Assembly: GCF_009914755.1 (NCBI RefSeq)
Contig: NC_060933.1
Strand: one strand, 5' to 3'
Origin: the human T2T-CHM13v2.0 reference genome, Homo sapiens
Length of the DNA stretch: 64,000 nucleotides
Part shown: in pieces, positions 35,735 through 56,418 of the stretch
Numbering within the stretch: position 1 is the stretch's first letter
Layout of the letters: each line of letters begins with the position of its first letter
Notes under the pieces: model-generated
What the model saw: the letters and a program-made list of their open reading frames with translations, nothing else
Databases searched by the model: none
What the model was told of the DNA's origin: nothing
Program-made: the position numbers and the translations under genes

Positions 35735-36630
35735 ATTCATTCACTCAACAAATATTTACTAAGAGCCTAAAGTGAGCTAGCCAATGTTGGTACCAGGATT
35801 TCGGCAGTGAATAAGACAAAGTTCCTCACACTCAAACTATCCAATACTGAATTTCCTAGTCAAACCTGTTTTTTCTATTTCTTTACTTGCTCATTCACCC
35901 AGGTGCTCAAGCTAGGAAACGTGGCAACCATCCAATTCTCCTCCTCCTCCTCATTCAAATCACAAATTCGATCACCAAGCTCTATTGATTTTATGCCCTA
36001 AATTTTTCTCTAATTTGTTCACTAATATATGCACTACCACAGCTCTAGTCCAAGACACCATCTTTTGCCTGCACTATTGCCAACAGCTTTCTACTGACCT
36101 CCCCACATCTACTTAGTCCCTTTGAATCAGTTAACCTCACATACAACCTGATGTTATCACCTTGTTTCAACTTCTAAACTCTTTGATGGCTCCTTATTGT
36201 GCCCCCATCTTTAGCCATGCTGATGCATTTAAGGAATTTCCTTCAATTTCTCAAATGTACCTGAGGCTCCTTTAACCTCAGGGCCTTCGAACGGACTAGT
36301 GTCTCAGTCTAAAATTCCTCACTGTACACCCACTCCTGGTACTTAGTTAAGGCATTTATACTCACCCTTTAGAGCTCAGCCCAAATGTCTCCTCTTAGAA
36401 GCCTTCCCTTACTCCACAAACTAGGCAGGGCCTCAAAGTACTCTGTACTAGGCTAGGCTCCTCTTAACCCAACCATTAAACAACCTGTTTGCAATTAGCT
36501 GTTTAACATCAGTCTTCCCCATCCTGCTGATCGGTAATTTCCCTGAGTTTGGTAAGTACTTCTGCTGTTTCCCAATGCATACCACAATGCCTGACACAAA
36601 GGTGGGTGCTCAATGAATATCTAAAGAATA
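35735..36630. mobile_element. L2 fragments
   Basis: attcattcactcaacaaatatttact and gtgctcaatgaatat termini; C/T-rich L2-like body. Confidence 0.6.
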
Positions 36631-36696
36631 AAGTAGTGGTGAAATAAACAAAGGCAAGTGCAAATTCCTACAAAAGAGATCTAAAGGAGGCTAGGA

Positions 36697-37021
<325 letters not shown>

Positions 37022-38224
37022 CTAGAAAGTCTGGTAGGTCCCACATCATAACAGAACACAAAAAATAGGTGGCTACCGGGTTAGGGCTCAAGATCTGTGA
37101 AGATGAGCTGATTCCAAAGACTGAAACACAAATATGTTGCAGAATAGAGCACAGGTCTTGACAGGTTTGTGGCTTTCACTTTGATCACTTTAGAAATGGA
37201 ACCAGACATCCCTGCTGTGCAGAGTCTGGGTCCTTGAACCTAAGTAACCTTACATGCTGTAGAGATAACCTAACTCAAGCAATCACATCATATCTCAGAC
37301 TTATTGAGTAACATGCTGTTATTTGTGCTTTGCTTCTTTTCAATTAGCTTCAAAGCTAAGTAGCCCTACCTGGTCCTAGCAACTGAAGCCAGAGGATTTG
37401 TAGTAGGTTTCAACAGAGGTTGGTTTATCTGTGTTTGGGAGGAAAAAAGCAGACACAAGACAGACTCTTTTCGGAGAAAAAATCTGAACCTGGCAACTCC
37501 TACCCGCAAACAATCTTACAGGTTTATTATTTAAAACTATTATTCAAACACTAAAAACTAGCAACTTTCATCTAGGACTCTAGAGTCTCTATATGCCACT
37601 CTGAGTCACAAGCATACATGAGAAAGCAGATGTGGGACCAAATTAAACCCTTTAGAGATGCTAAGCATTAAAACAACTATGACATCTCTAGCCCACCTTG
37701 CCTTTGCACCTTCCCACCTAAAATTTTAATTCAAAACAAAAACAATATTGAACTATAAAAGATGTGATTTTCCCATGGTGATTACTTGAATATTTTGCTT
37801 TACAAAATATCAGATTCTTTCAAAACTTTATTTTCCCCTGTTTTTGGTGTCCCTGGCTTTCTAGTACCATAAGTATATACCTATTGGATAATCCAGCCAT
37901 GCATGAATGGACGAATGTTGGAATACAGTGAGAGGTGGAATGCTGGGCAAGGCCCCTACCCTGTCTCAGCTTCAGTTTCCCTACCTACAAGAGGAAAAGC
38001 TTAAACAGATGTTTTCTAGGAAAGGTTTCAGTCTTTTTTCTCAAAGCATAAATATCAATCATTTCTATAACTGATTCTGACAGCTCTGAAACCTAACTGG
38101 TTAGAAATGTTGGTCTGATTCCAGGAAGACATAAATGGGGTTGTAACTTTGTGATCAGAGAGATGTGGCCCACCAAAGTTTTGTGGTTATTGTGATCAGA
38201 TCCACACGAGCTGACCTCAAATAG

Positions 38225-38620
<396 letters not shown>

Positions 38621-39499
38621 TTATTAATAAGTGTGTGCACAACAGGTGTGAAGTACAGTAGGTTCAACAAATTCAAACAGGTTTCTTTACATGGGTCCTC
38701 TCAGACTTATTATTAATAAAGATCTGCCAGGTGGTATACTAGGTCCTCATCACAAGCATTTCATTTAATAGTCACTTTATAGATGATGAAATTGACCTAC
38801 AGAGGAGTTAAGAAACTTATACTAAATCACACAGCCCATTAGAGATGGCACCACATCTTAAACCAAGGTTTGTCTATCACCAAAGTTCTCTTAATGACCA
38901 CATGGCACTGGCTTCCATCAGCCCCAAATATGCTAACAGATACTGTCCTTCTCCAAGAAGAGCCTATGGTATGCAGTGAATCACAAAATTATTTGTCTAT
39001 GGACTGCTGCTTATTTACTTCTTTGGAGGGAAACCCTGCAAATTTTATTTTTCTCTAAGTCTCTGTCTTTCTACTAGTCAACAGAAGGTCACTTGATCCC
39101 TAGATACCACTAAAGTTTACCAAGTTTGTAAAACAATGCAGAATTTCAACAGAATATGAAATAGGACTTAAAATATTAGAACTTATGGAGATCTGAAAGA
39201 TCTTTTCATCCATGCCCCTCATTTTCCAGAAAAGCATGTTAAATCTGAAAGAAGTGGCTCATGACTCACAGTCAGGCAGCGGACGTTCCAGTACGTAACT
39301 CTTTTTCATTTGCTTACTTCCTCTAAAATATTTTTCCTGTCTGAGATGTTCAGTATATATAACCCTGTTTACAAGTGATACAGTATACATTTCCTAAAAG
39401 CCAGCTACTGACTGGTACATCCAAACATTTAGTCTTGTCTTTACTACTGAACTGCAGCAGGCTTTCAAAGGTAAAGCGTGAGGTCGAAGGAAACATTAC

Positions 39500-39669
39500 C
39501 TGAGAATATCATAACTGGCAAAGTCCCACTGGTAGAGACCAAGTGCTGAACTACAGACAATGTATTTGCCATCAAAATGAAGTCTTGGCTGCAGGCAGAT
39601 ACTTCTATCCTCAGAGACAGACAATGTCTTTAAGCACTTACAGTTGATTTCTCTCCCAATTGGCCAAAT
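39500..39669 (-). CDS. FBXW2: FBXW2 coding exon 5 (170 nt, not in the ORF track)
   Basis: Acceptor ttttttctgtAG; reads [56 protein letters not shown]; donor CAG|GTAATG. Confidence 0.94.
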
Positions 39670-39928
39670 CTACAGAAAAAAGAAAATGAGGAAAGATGAG
39701 AGATCACATCACTACAGAAAAGCTTGTCCTTAAAATGGTCTGCATTTGTGAAGTCAGATAGAAAGTGAAGTATACTGGAAAGACCCCAGGTTTTATAGCC
39801 AAGAATCACAGGTTCAAGTCTTAATTCTCCTGTGCAATCTTGGGTAAATTATTTAATCTCTCTTAACTCCAGCTCCTGCAATGAAGATAATGCCTATCAC
39901 ACGGGACAGTATAAAAGATCCAATAATG

Positions 39929-40668
<740 letters not shown>

Positions 40669-40908
40669 TAAGAATAAGCTGAACATAAATTTATGTGAAT
40701 TTCTTTTTCATTTACAAATCCAAGTTAAGAAACTACACAGGACATAGAGCTAGCAAATCATCTCTTCTTCCGGTGGGTTTAAAATGGCTTGGACTAAGAC
40801 ACTCCCCCTCCTCTTCCTAGAATGTTCACCCTTTGCCATACCACTTTCATTTTCTTATGTTTTCCAGTTTTTCTTTAATGAAGCAAATTAATGGAGAAAA
40901 AAACTCAC

Positions 40909-40995
40909 CTTAATCTCATATTTGTCTGCACTTAAGAGGATGTAGTCTCCAGGACTGTGCAAGAGAGACTTGACTTTGCACTTCTGCAAAACTAC
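40909..40995 (-). CDS. FBXW2: FBXW2 coding exon 4 (87 nt, not in the ORF track)
   Basis: Acceptor tttgcAG; reads [29 protein letters not shown]; donor AAG|GTGAGT; phase 0-0. Confidence 0.94.
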
Positions 40996-41169
40996 CTGCA
41001 AATGTAAACCATGTTACGGAAAGATCCTTTTAATGCTGCTCCTATAATGATTTTATTCTTTAAATTAAAATACAAAAATGAGCTTAACATATGCTAGAAT
41101 AGCTAAGCCATAACTCCATTACCAAATTAACCTCTACTAAAAGTTTTACTACAATATTCTCTGTTATTA

Positions 41170-41379
<210 letters not shown>

Positions 41380-42063
41380 TTAATCTTAGCATTCGTCTAG
41401 AAGCAAACATTAGGACTGATTTTTTAAAATTATAAAATGTAACTTAAGAGAGGGAACAGAAAAGAAAAAAGCCCGTAGACACTGACGTAGATGCAAATGA
41501 TCTGCTTTCATAACTATGTGAATCATAAATGAAAAAGCACTGGACTTGGGACCAGAATCTGCCATATGCTGACTTTGCAACCTTGGACAAGACCATCTAA
41601 ACTCGGTCAGTTTCTTGATCTTTAAAACAGGAGACAAGCACCTATTATCTTACCTCATTTAATTACAGTAAAGATAAAGTAACAATGTAAATTATAGTAG
41701 TAACAAAATAAAAGCTAACATTCTGTTAGCACTTGAGATAAGTATATAAACATCAGGTTCTAGCTATTTTTGCAATCAATCAGGCTAAGGTGAGAGGGGA
41801 AGCAGGGTTCACTCATTCAGAAGTCTGGATTGCAGACTCAACTGAAACAGACCTATTACTAAGTATCAGGCACCTTGCTGGGTGCTGTCCCAACATTTCA
41901 TTTCGTGTTCACAGGAACATTTAGCAGATGACACAGCTCAGGTCCTGAAGGTGGAGTAACTTGTCCAAGACATCACCGTCAGTGTCCTAGCCCCAATCAA
42001 CTATTTTCCACAACACCAAACTGCCTTACACTATATAGCTTTTCCATGTAAAAAGTTAACATG

Positions 42064-42682
<619 letters not shown>

Positions 42683-43217
42683 ATGATTCTTCTTTGTTTC
42701 CCACAGTGAATCTGCAAGCCAGGTGGCTTTACCTTAAAGACATATCCTTTATGGGTGCCCTTTTCATTATTGCCAGGAAAATCTAAGTTATGGGCATCTT
42801 TTGCTTAGATTACTGCCAAAGCCTAAATGGTCACCCTGTATCCACTTGTGCCCAACTCTAGTCCATTCTTCATTCAGCAGTTAATTTTCCTAAAACATAG
42901 ATCGCACCAGACACTTGCTCAGAACTCGTGGATTGCTTCCTAGTACACTTCTGATGATATCCACCATACTTACTGTGGCCTTATAAATCATACAGGATTA
43001 CCACCTCTCTGCCCATCTTCCCAACTACAGCATGGCTCCACTGGCTTATGTCCAGGTCATCAAATGTTCCAAGTTCTTTCCACCCGCTGGGCCCGTGCAT
43101 GTATTGCACCCTCTGAAACAATCTTTCAGCTACTCTTTCCACAGCTATCTCCTATTTATTCTTCATGTTTAACCCCCTTCTCAAAAACTTTTTTCTGAAC
43201 TAATTACTTTCCTATAC

Positions 43218-43498
<281 letters not shown>

Positions 43499-44246
43499 TA
43501 GACTGTCTTATAGAACACTGTACTGTTCCTTCACAAAACTTAACACAATTTGAAATGATATATTTACCCATGAAATTGTTTAATAAAACTATTTCTCCTA
43601 TTAGACTATCATCCACAGGGTAAGGACTGGGTCTATTTTGCTTACTCCTGTTTTCTCAGCCCCCTCATAGAATGGGATGGTAAACTCAAGAAAAGTGCTT
43701 CTGCGTGGTATATCCATTATTAATACTGCATTTGATCCTCACAACAATCTTGTTTTTTTTAAAAAAGAAAACATTACAATATTTTACTAAAGATCCTGTA
43801 CAGTTTTCTTTGTCCTACTTCTTGTAAGCGTTATTTTTTCAAAATGAAAATTGCTTTTCTGATTAAGAAAGAAACATGTTTATTCTAAAGGGAAAAACAC
43901 GCCCACAATCCCACCAGAAATACCCACCTTCAACATTTTGATGCATGAACACATTCAGAAACCGGTATCACACTCTACATATTTTTTTGTATGTAATCTG
44001 TTTTATTTGCCCCCTCTATCCACCTAATATATTGTGGGCAACTTTCCATGTCCATAAGTCATTTATTTGTTAAACCATGTATTAAGTACCTTCTACTTGC
44101 TGGTCACTGTTGTGTACCATTATGCTTTGTAGGTACAGCAATTCCATCTTATGACTCACCTAACACTTATAAGGCAGTGTCTACCATCCTCCACGCCCTC
44201 CCTCAAAAAGCCTGATAAGCAGGAGACTTCTTCCAAGTCTTCCTAC

Positions 44247-44380
44247 CTTGGTGACCCATTCCGTGTGCCCGGTGAGTGTGTTCAGGCATGTCCCAGCAGA
44301 TAAAGCCCATACTTTCACAGTGAAGTCTGCAGAGCCGCTCACCAAGATATCCAGTTCATCATTGTAGTCCACGCTAAATA
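44247..44380 (-). CDS. FBXW2: FBXW2 coding exon 3 (134 nt; WD40)
   Basis: Acceptor gcactAG; [25 protein letters not shown]...GHTEWVTK; donor AAG|GTAGGA. Confidence 0.95.
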
Positions 44381-46504
44381 CTAGTGCATATAATTACACA
44401 AAGTTAAAACATGTCTCTGTCAGTGGGTCTTTTATAATAGAGTTCAATAATGTTTATTTTCCCCAATTATATAATTTCCCAACCAGAGACACCGTAAGAA
44501 TGATGCTATTCAACTAGCAATTTTCTGATAAAACTATTTCAAAATTCTTACTATTATAGCTTATTATTCTAAGGTGGAAAGTCCTAGGAATAATACAATC
44601 TCTTTTATTTGTGGTAGCTACAGTGAGAGGCAAAACAAATGTTGGAGATAATGGCATTCCTTCTTAGGACTGCCTGCCTGACACTACACAATACTTTATC
44701 TAATTTATGCAGGAAAACAAAACGTACATGGTCCTACTCTGATACACACTAACAGTAAGACAAAATATAAAGAATGGAAGCTGCAAAACAGCACCCAGAC
44801 TCAAGAAAACCCAATGTAAAGAGAGAAAAAACAAAACAAAAACAAGGATCTCAAAGGTTAGATTAAGCCATTAACTCAAAAGTGTCTGAATTTCTTCACA
44901 GCTGTATCCCCAGCGCCAAAAACAGTGTAAGCTGTATAGTGTGTACTCAAATATTTGTTTTCAAATGTATACCAGTTCTAAAGGAACATTAGGGACCCAG
45001 AGATGAAGACACTGATTCTTCCTTTAAGGAACTCAATCTAAGTAGGGAGTGGAGGAGGAAGCCCAGAAAAAAATAAATGTTTACCTCTTGCTAGGGAAAC
45101 ATCAAGGAGAATGACTAACTCTGCCCAGGGGTATCAGGGAGGACTTCAGGGAAGAGGCGATATTGGAGATGGGCCCTAAAGGATGAGCAGAGTTTATCAA
45201 GGAAAGAAAAAAGAATACTGCAAGCAGAGGGAATAGTAAAGGTATGAAGTTAAGAAAAACCTCAGCAATGTCTAGGCAACAGTAATAAAAATTTTTAGAG
45301 CAGGGTTCTCAAAGTTGATCAGGAATAAAATCACCTGGAAGTCATGGTACATCTTAACATTGTGGAACATAACACTCAATTTAACATATACTTCCATGCA
45401 TACATGCACCTTCAAATATTAATTTCTAACAAGTGGTAGCAGACAGCAAAGACTGAAGAAGAGTATATAGGAGGACAAATAAAATGAAGCAAAAAATACG
45501 TGTTTTTATTAGCCTAACGGCTAGTTTTACTTCAAAGAATCACTAAGCACCAGGTACAGTGCAAGTAACTCCAGTCACATGGGTGAACAAGACAGATAAG
45601 ATCACTGTCCTTATGGAGTTTAGTCTGGTGGGGAAGCAAGATTATATTTGTATGATGAGCGGTCTACAGTAATACAAGTTACTGGGAAATAGAGGGACGC
45701 AACCTGTTAAGGGAGTTTTGGAAGGCTGCTCATAAACGTAATGCTTGACATTACAGACTATGATTCTCAGAGGCTAAAGCAGTGGGTAAATGGGGGAAAG
45801 GAAGGGAGCTGCTCAACACAAGAGGCTGGGAAATAGCTCAATTTCTACACAAAGCCTCCCCACCCCCGCCCCCGCCAAAAAAAAAGCAACAGAGAGAGAA
45901 GCTCAAATCTCAAGGCTATATTCAAATGACCAGTTTTTGCAAAATAAGGATGCTATACATTTATTAGGAAACATTCAGGTATGTTTCTTTCGCCTTATCT
46001 CTAGGTGGTAGCTTGTTTTAATCAACTGTCAACCAAGCTCAAACTGGATGTAATCTGTGTAGACCACACAATCTAAGAACCACCGTCACACCAAAGAACT
46101 TTCAGCCCTAATGCTACAAATAAAGTGGAATTTACACAAGTAGGATTTACTCAGTTCAGAGGTATGGAATCTGATAAAAGCCAAGGGACTGTCTGTTCAA
46201 TAGGATATAAATGAAACAGGAGGGGGGAGAGAGAGAATGAGAGAGAGAGAGAGAAACAGAGAGAGAATGAAAACTACCCTTCCCACCAGAAGGGTACACA
46301 CATAGAAGAAAGCAAGAAAAAGCAAAACTGGGTAAAACATTCGAAATAAGAGTAACTAGAATAAAGGGAAATAACTGCAATGACTAAGAAAGAGGGTTGA
46401 AAAAAGCAGGTTAAATTAAAAAAAAAAAAGCATTTCACATTCTTGGCTCCTGGCTTAAAAGGATGAGGCTAAGTTGTAAAAACCCTTGAAAAAGGGCAAC
46501 CCAC

Positions 46505-46699
46505 CCGCCCCCGTGTGCCCCCGAAAGTGCTGGGTCCTGGCTCCGGAACTCCATTCCCAGCAAGCCACAGTGTTGTCAAAGGAGCCTGTCACAAGCTTCT
46601 GTTCATCAAACTTCACCGCTGCACAAGTGTGGGTCTGGATGCCATAAACGCACTGCCCTGTGCTCACATCCCACAGCTTTGCAGACAAGTCATCTGACC
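46505..46699 (-). CDS. FBXW2: FBXW2 coding exon 2 (195 nt; WD40 repeats)
   Basis: Acceptor ttttctcttgaAG; G|GG TCA GAT GAC continues the frame ([11 protein letters not shown]...[11 protein letters not shown]...GHTGA); donor CGG|GTGGGT. Confidence 0.96.
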
Positions 46700-47935
46700 C
46701 TTCAAGAGAAAAACAGGGAGGTTAATAAGAAAACAAACACACTAAAGAAGGAAAATCAATCCCAAAATCATGGTGTTCTTCAAGAACATTAACGGTCCCT
46801 TCCTCTAGCACTTTACTTTACCACTGAAGAAATCAAAGCACGGAGAGAGTAACACAACTTGCTTAGAGTCACCAAAACGGAGTCAAAAGCACTAGGACAG
46901 AATCCAAGCTTTTTGGGTGAGACACTTTCCCTTAACTTTTCAGGCTACAGAAGGTCATTAGACTAAAAGCATCCCTTGGTGCTTCCACTTGAAAAATTTC
47001 ATAAATCCTTGGCTATCACGAGCTCTCTGATTTGACTTCAAATAAATAGGTATTACACATGACTGCATGTTTACACTTGCATGCTTGTCCATTACCCAAC
47101 AGTTCTGAACAAATAAGGATTGTTAAATAGTAAAGGTGTTTGCTGAAATATATTCCACTCTAAGGCAAGTCAAGGACAAACCTCAGAGCCTGGGCTAACT
47201 TCTGCAAAAGCTAACTGCTAATTGCTCCAGTCATCTTGAAATACGTGAAGGAAGAAACCTCAAGGAAAACCTGGGATAAATTATCCCCAGATATTCACAA
47301 CTCAACAAAAAGTTTGTAAAGCCTCTTAAGATTCTGAAGGGAAAAGTTGGCTTTATTTCTGCCTCTGATGAAAATTCTATACTAATCATGGTGACAATTC
47401 AGGACTTTGCTTTAAGTTTAAAATCCTAATGATTAATTCATTCTTACAATGACCCTTCAATAAGCCTCAACAAATAAAAAGACATTTTTGAGAATCCACT
47501 AAATACAGTCACTATGATAATGGCACAGTATCCTAGGAAAGCACCAAATGACCAGTTTTTAAAAAGCTGAAATGACTAAAGCCAGCCACAATTCTACCTT
47601 CAGTCAAGAACCACTGTTTGAGACAATGGAAAAATAGCCATCACTTATGAAAGAGCTAGAGTATGAATTTTAACCTGGGAAAACTATGATAGCATACTGA
47701 AATAAAGACTGTATTTATTGTCACTTTGCTATTTAGACTGTTTCCTTCTGTATAAAAAGAGGGGTAGGACTTGGTTGGTTCTCAATGGCCATGTGATACA
47801 ACTTTATCAAAACACACAGGCAGGTCCCTATTTTCAGAGAGTTTAACTTGGGGAACATCTGAGGCAGGGTCCAATAATCTTAAAAGTTTGCCAGGTGATT
47901 CTAACTCATCAGCAATATTTTGAGAGCCAATGGTC

Positions 47936-48732
<797 letters not shown>

Positions 48733-49739
48733 AGCCTAGATAGTCTTTAAGGCCTTCAGTTCAGGCATGTTGTGACTGTATTCCTAAGGAGCTAGAGTAG
48801 GAAAGGAAATCATTTTAGGTCCTTTATGAGCTTGGTTTTGGTTACCAGTGTTCAACTGGGGTCTCATTCATTCATTCAACATATATTTATAGAACTTCTG
48901 TGTCAGGCAGGATTCTTGTTCTCATGGCACTCAGTCTACTTGGGAAGACAAAAAGGCTAAACAAGCAATAATAATTCAGTATAGTAGCTGGCAGGCACTA
49001 CAAAAGCCCATAGCAAATACAAGGAGAGGACAAGAAGAGAAAACATCTCAGACGAGGCTCCACTGAATTTATGACCATGCTCTATAACACGTGCCTTAGG
49101 AACTGGCATGATTGGTTCTTCAACTACACTCCTCTTTTGTTTTTAAGCTGGGCTTTGGTATAGGACTGTTTCAAGAAAGAATATCATGGCAAAAAAAAAA
49201 AAACCTTTAAGTTTTAACTAATTTAAACCTAAGGATGAATAAGTTAGCCAGGCCAAAACAAAACAAAAGGAATAGTATATACCAAAACTTTTTCTGTAAA
49301 GGGCCTGATAGTAAGTATTTTAGACGTTGACCTATTGAGTTGCAATTACTCTCTTCTGCTGGATTTGGCCCACAGTCCACAGTTTGCCAATCCCTGGTAT
49401 ATACCTATTAAAGCAACTATTAAATATCTCTATATGCAACACAAAAATTATTGAAAAGGAACTGGGATCAAGTCATAAAGAACTATTTGGAATCATTCAA
49501 AAAACCGTCTAGGAGTTATTTACAATGCTTGTCAAAAGCACTGCCTAAAACATGAACACTGATTATGAAAACAGTTCAGTCTGACTGCGAAATAGTGGCA
49601 AGGTTTGGCTGCAGAACTGGGTTAGGAGGTTGTTTAACTATGACCTTATTTGCATATCAGAAAGATCACTATGGCTATATCATGGAAAAAGGTTTGAAGG
49701 GGGGAAAACTAGAGGCAAGAAGGCAGTTAAAAACCAGGG

Positions 49740-51272
<1,533 letters not shown>

Positions 51273-52491
51273 AAGGTTATCCAAACTAATTATTTAAACT
51301 AGTTTTTATAGGAAAACATTGTGCCAGTTTTACACCCTAAAAAAAAATAATAATAATCAGGTTGAGTCGAGTTCCATTTATAGTGATGCAAGTCTACTCC
51401 TGAGAATCCTTTAGGAATCACTGTTCTCTGCTCCTTTCTGGCTTTATGTCAGCCTCCCCTCTGGACTCCCATTTGCTGCACTGGCTAACCCAACATGTTT
51501 TCAAAGAGGTCACCAGTGATGCAGCATAGAGGTGAAAGAGGACTAAAGAAATGTGGACTCTCACACTGCACGAAAGAAAAAAATCCCTCCCCATTCAGTA
51601 TCTTAAAAATCTTAATAATACTTTAAAAAAAATCAGACTATTGCACAGAACTCTAGATTTCAGGCTTCTCTTGAAGTCAGATCTAACAACTCTGACCCTG
51701 AATCCCACCCACATGGCAATAATTTATTACAATGGAGCACCAGCTGCACTCTTTAGAAAGGCAAGTGTTCTTGATTTGCTATAGTCCACACAGAGACTTT
51801 TACCTCAGTCAGGTCATCTTCCTGGTCCCAGTGTGTATGTTCCACAAGAAAAAACTGCTCTAATTCATCCGTGTATGCCCTCACATTGTTTTTCAAACAG
51901 TAGGCATCCCATAAGTAAATATCTACTGAACAGCACAAAGCATAATAGATTCCTTTCTTACCATTTCAGAAATAAATTGCGAAAGAGAAAGATAACTACC
52001 TCAATGTCATTAGCCATTAATCTCTTCAATAAAACTGTCTATTGCTTACTCAAGGCACTAATGTGAGAGTCACTAAGTTTATTGCCAAATTCAGGGTTTC
52101 CCAATTCCACCACAATGAGAATTCAATCTCTTAAGTAACAAGATGACACAAACACATGTACAATTCTGTCACAAATACCTCTCTTCACAGTTCCAGGGAT
52201 GCTGCTGTTAGAAAAATTAAACTAATACTTTGGATCATTTTCAACCACTGCACAGCGTAATTTTAAATATGCAAACCTGATGAATTTAATCAGAATAAAA
52301 ATCACATTAACATACAGACCCACCAAGAGAATAATCTTAAAATGTAGAATTGTAGATATTAACTTTCCAGGTAGTTAGAGAATTCAGTGAATATTTCCCA
52401 TTTACTTCCACTCCAAGTAACTGCAGTTTTTACTACATTTCAAAAATAAGGTTTGATGAGAGAAGAAAAAAACTTTTTAAAGCAAGAGGAC

Positions 52492-53470
<979 letters not shown>

Positions 53471-53907
53471 ACTGCATCTTAATCTTTTAAAATCATGAGG
53501 CAAAAGAGACATGGAAAAGCCATCACCACAACAGAGAAAGTACATCAAAGCCTAGAAGAACTGGTGATGTTGTTCTAGTAATCAGGCTTGTAACACAAGG
53601 AAAATAAAGTGTGAAATAACTTCAGGATGACAAACCAAACCATGAAATGCTTTAAATCAAATGTTTATTTTCCAAAACCAGCAGAGTGTCTAGCATTTCA
53701 GAGAAAATATCACCACATAATACATACCCTTAATGAATAAAGAAATGCATTGTAAAACGGTCTTGAGAAATGATACATCTCAACATTAAAAATATTTAAA
53801 TTGAGTCTGGTGAGACTCCTGAGGGAGAAGCAAGTTACTTAACACTATATTGGTATGGCATCAATTCAATCTATCTGGAAAGGGCACTAAGAAGAGCTAT
53901 AAAATTG

Positions 53908-54203
53908 GGCCGGGCACGGTGGCTCACGCCTGTAATCCCAACACTTTGGAGGGTGGATCACCTGAGGTCAGGAGTTTGAGACCAGCCTGGGCAACAAGGT
54001 GAAACTCCGCCTCTACTAAAAATACAAAAAAAATTAGCCGGGTGTGGTGGCGCACACCTGTAATCCCAGCTACTCGGGAGGCTGAGGCAGGAGACTCGAA
54101 CCCTGGAGGCAGAGGTTGCAGTGAGCCGAGATTGCACCACTGCACTCCAACCTGGGTGACAGAGTGAGACTCCATCTCAAAAAAAAAAAAAAAAAAAAAA
54201 AAA
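53908..54203 (+). mobile_element. AluS
   Basis: Consensus; TSD aagagctataaaa. Confidence 0.9.
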
Positions 54204-54331
54204 GAGCTATAAAATAATTCATACTTCTGTATCTGGTGATTCTACTTTTAGACTTCTATCCCAAATGAATTCAAGGGAAAAAGAGGTAATACAAAGACAC
54301 TAATAAAAACAGAAACAATCTGAATATGCAT

Positions 54332-54719
54332 TGATATGGTTAAGCTTTGTGTCCTCACCCAAACCTCATCCTGAACTGTAATCCCCAGGTATTGAGGGAC
54401 AGACTTGGTGGGAGGTGACTGGATCATGGGGGTGGCCCCCCATGCTGTTCTCATGATAGTGAGTGAGTTCTCTCCAGACCTGATGGTTTTATAAGGGCCT
54501 CTTCCTGCTTCACTCACACTCTCTCTCTCCTGCTGCCTTGTGAACAAGGTGCTTGCTTCCCCTTCGCCTTCCGCCATGATCATATTGCCTTCTGACATGA
54601 TTGTAAGTTTCCTGAGGCCTCCCCAGCCATGTGGAACTAGGAGTCAATTAAACCTCTTTTCTTCATAAATTACCCGGTCTTAGGCAGTTTTTTTAGCAGT
54701 CTGAGAATGGACTAATATA
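54332..54719 (+). mobile_element. Solo THE1 (THE1D-like) MaLR LTR
   Basis: tgatatggtt...cccaaacctcatc...gagtcaattaaacctc...ggactaatata; 5-bp TSD tgcat on both sides. Confidence 0.85.
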
Positions 54720-55045
54720 TGCATTAATATGGAAATGGCTAAATAATGACTATTGATATATTTACAAAAAGGAACAGTTTATACCGTAATACACAAATGT
54801 TTATTGGAAGTTATCTTGGATGAAAAAGAACACCAAGTATTTCTATATATTATATACAATGTAAGGAAACAGGCATTGGGATTATTAGCAAGAACTGCCT
54901 GGAGTTATTCTAAATGCTGCCTAAGAATTATTTACATTGCCTGTCAAAATGTATTATCTAACACATGGGCATTAGTTATAATCATATACAGAAACACACG
55001 TCCATTACAAATGGAAAATAACATATAATTTTAAATTTTTAATAA

Positions 55046-55543
<498 letters not shown>

Positions 55544-55928
55544 TAACTACTTGCTAGGATTAGATACCAATTTTTCCACTGTTTTTTTCCTCAAATATCA
55601 GTGCCAACAGAAAAAGAAACAGAATTTAGCAACAGAGGACTACACATGGAGGAAACACAAAGAAAAAGTAATCTATAGCTTTGTAATTCACATAATGTTT
55701 AAAAGACAGTCTGAAGTGTTTTTCTCATAAAATTTTATAAAAATGATTGTGTTCTCTAGAGAGAAGGAAGAGGATAAGGGGGGGGAACCACTCAGGATTA
55801 GAGAAAAAAAGTCACTGTACATATCTCATATAATCAACACTTGTCATTCTCAAAGCTCAAGACTGGTTCAAGATTACACCCTATGAAATACAAAACAAAA
55901 CCCAAAAAACAGTTTCAACATCTCTTAC

Positions 55929-56418
55929 CTGTACAGAGAAGTCCATCTTTGTAGTAAAGTGCATACACTCTGGCACTGTGTCCAATTAATGACGAGGTTT
56001 CAAAGGCTTCATGGTCCTCCAGTTGCTTCATTCTCAAAATAGCCTTCAAATAAACCTTCTTCCAGTGCAAAGCGTCCTGAACAGAATCATCTATCTGCCA
56101 GCCCAAATTTTTACATGCAGTCTGCCACACCTCTGTACAGGCACTTATCACCTTATTCCACTGTTTAGAGACGAGGCAGCATGTGAGTAAAGTCTGAGGA
56201 TCGAGCCATTTTAACAAATAAAAACTGAGCTCCAGGGGAAGGAGTTTGAGGAAGTCCCGCTTGAGGAGAGTCTCTAGGTTATTGGAGAGATGCCTGAGCT
56301 GGACTGCCCCACTCAGACTAATCAGGTGATCCAGAGTTTCATTTTTCTGCAAGTCCGTCAGAGAAAGAAATGTAACAGAAATGTTATCAAGCCATGTCTC
56401 AAAGTCCTTTCTCTCCAT
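55929..56418 (-). CDS. FBXW2: FBXW2 coding exon 1 (exon 3; aa 1-163, contains the F-box). The exon including 20 nt of UTR spans 55929-56438
   Basis: ATG at 56418; MERKDFETW...; F-box motif [29 protein letters not shown]; acceptor cacAG at 56439-56440; donor CAG|GTAAGA after 55929; 490 coding nt, phase 1. Confidence 0.97.

Noticed and set aside
55915-55928. ORF read-through GKRC* as an F-box-only isoform via intronic polyadenylation
   Set aside because: The donor CAG|GTAAGA is strong and no convincing nearby poly(A) signal was seen
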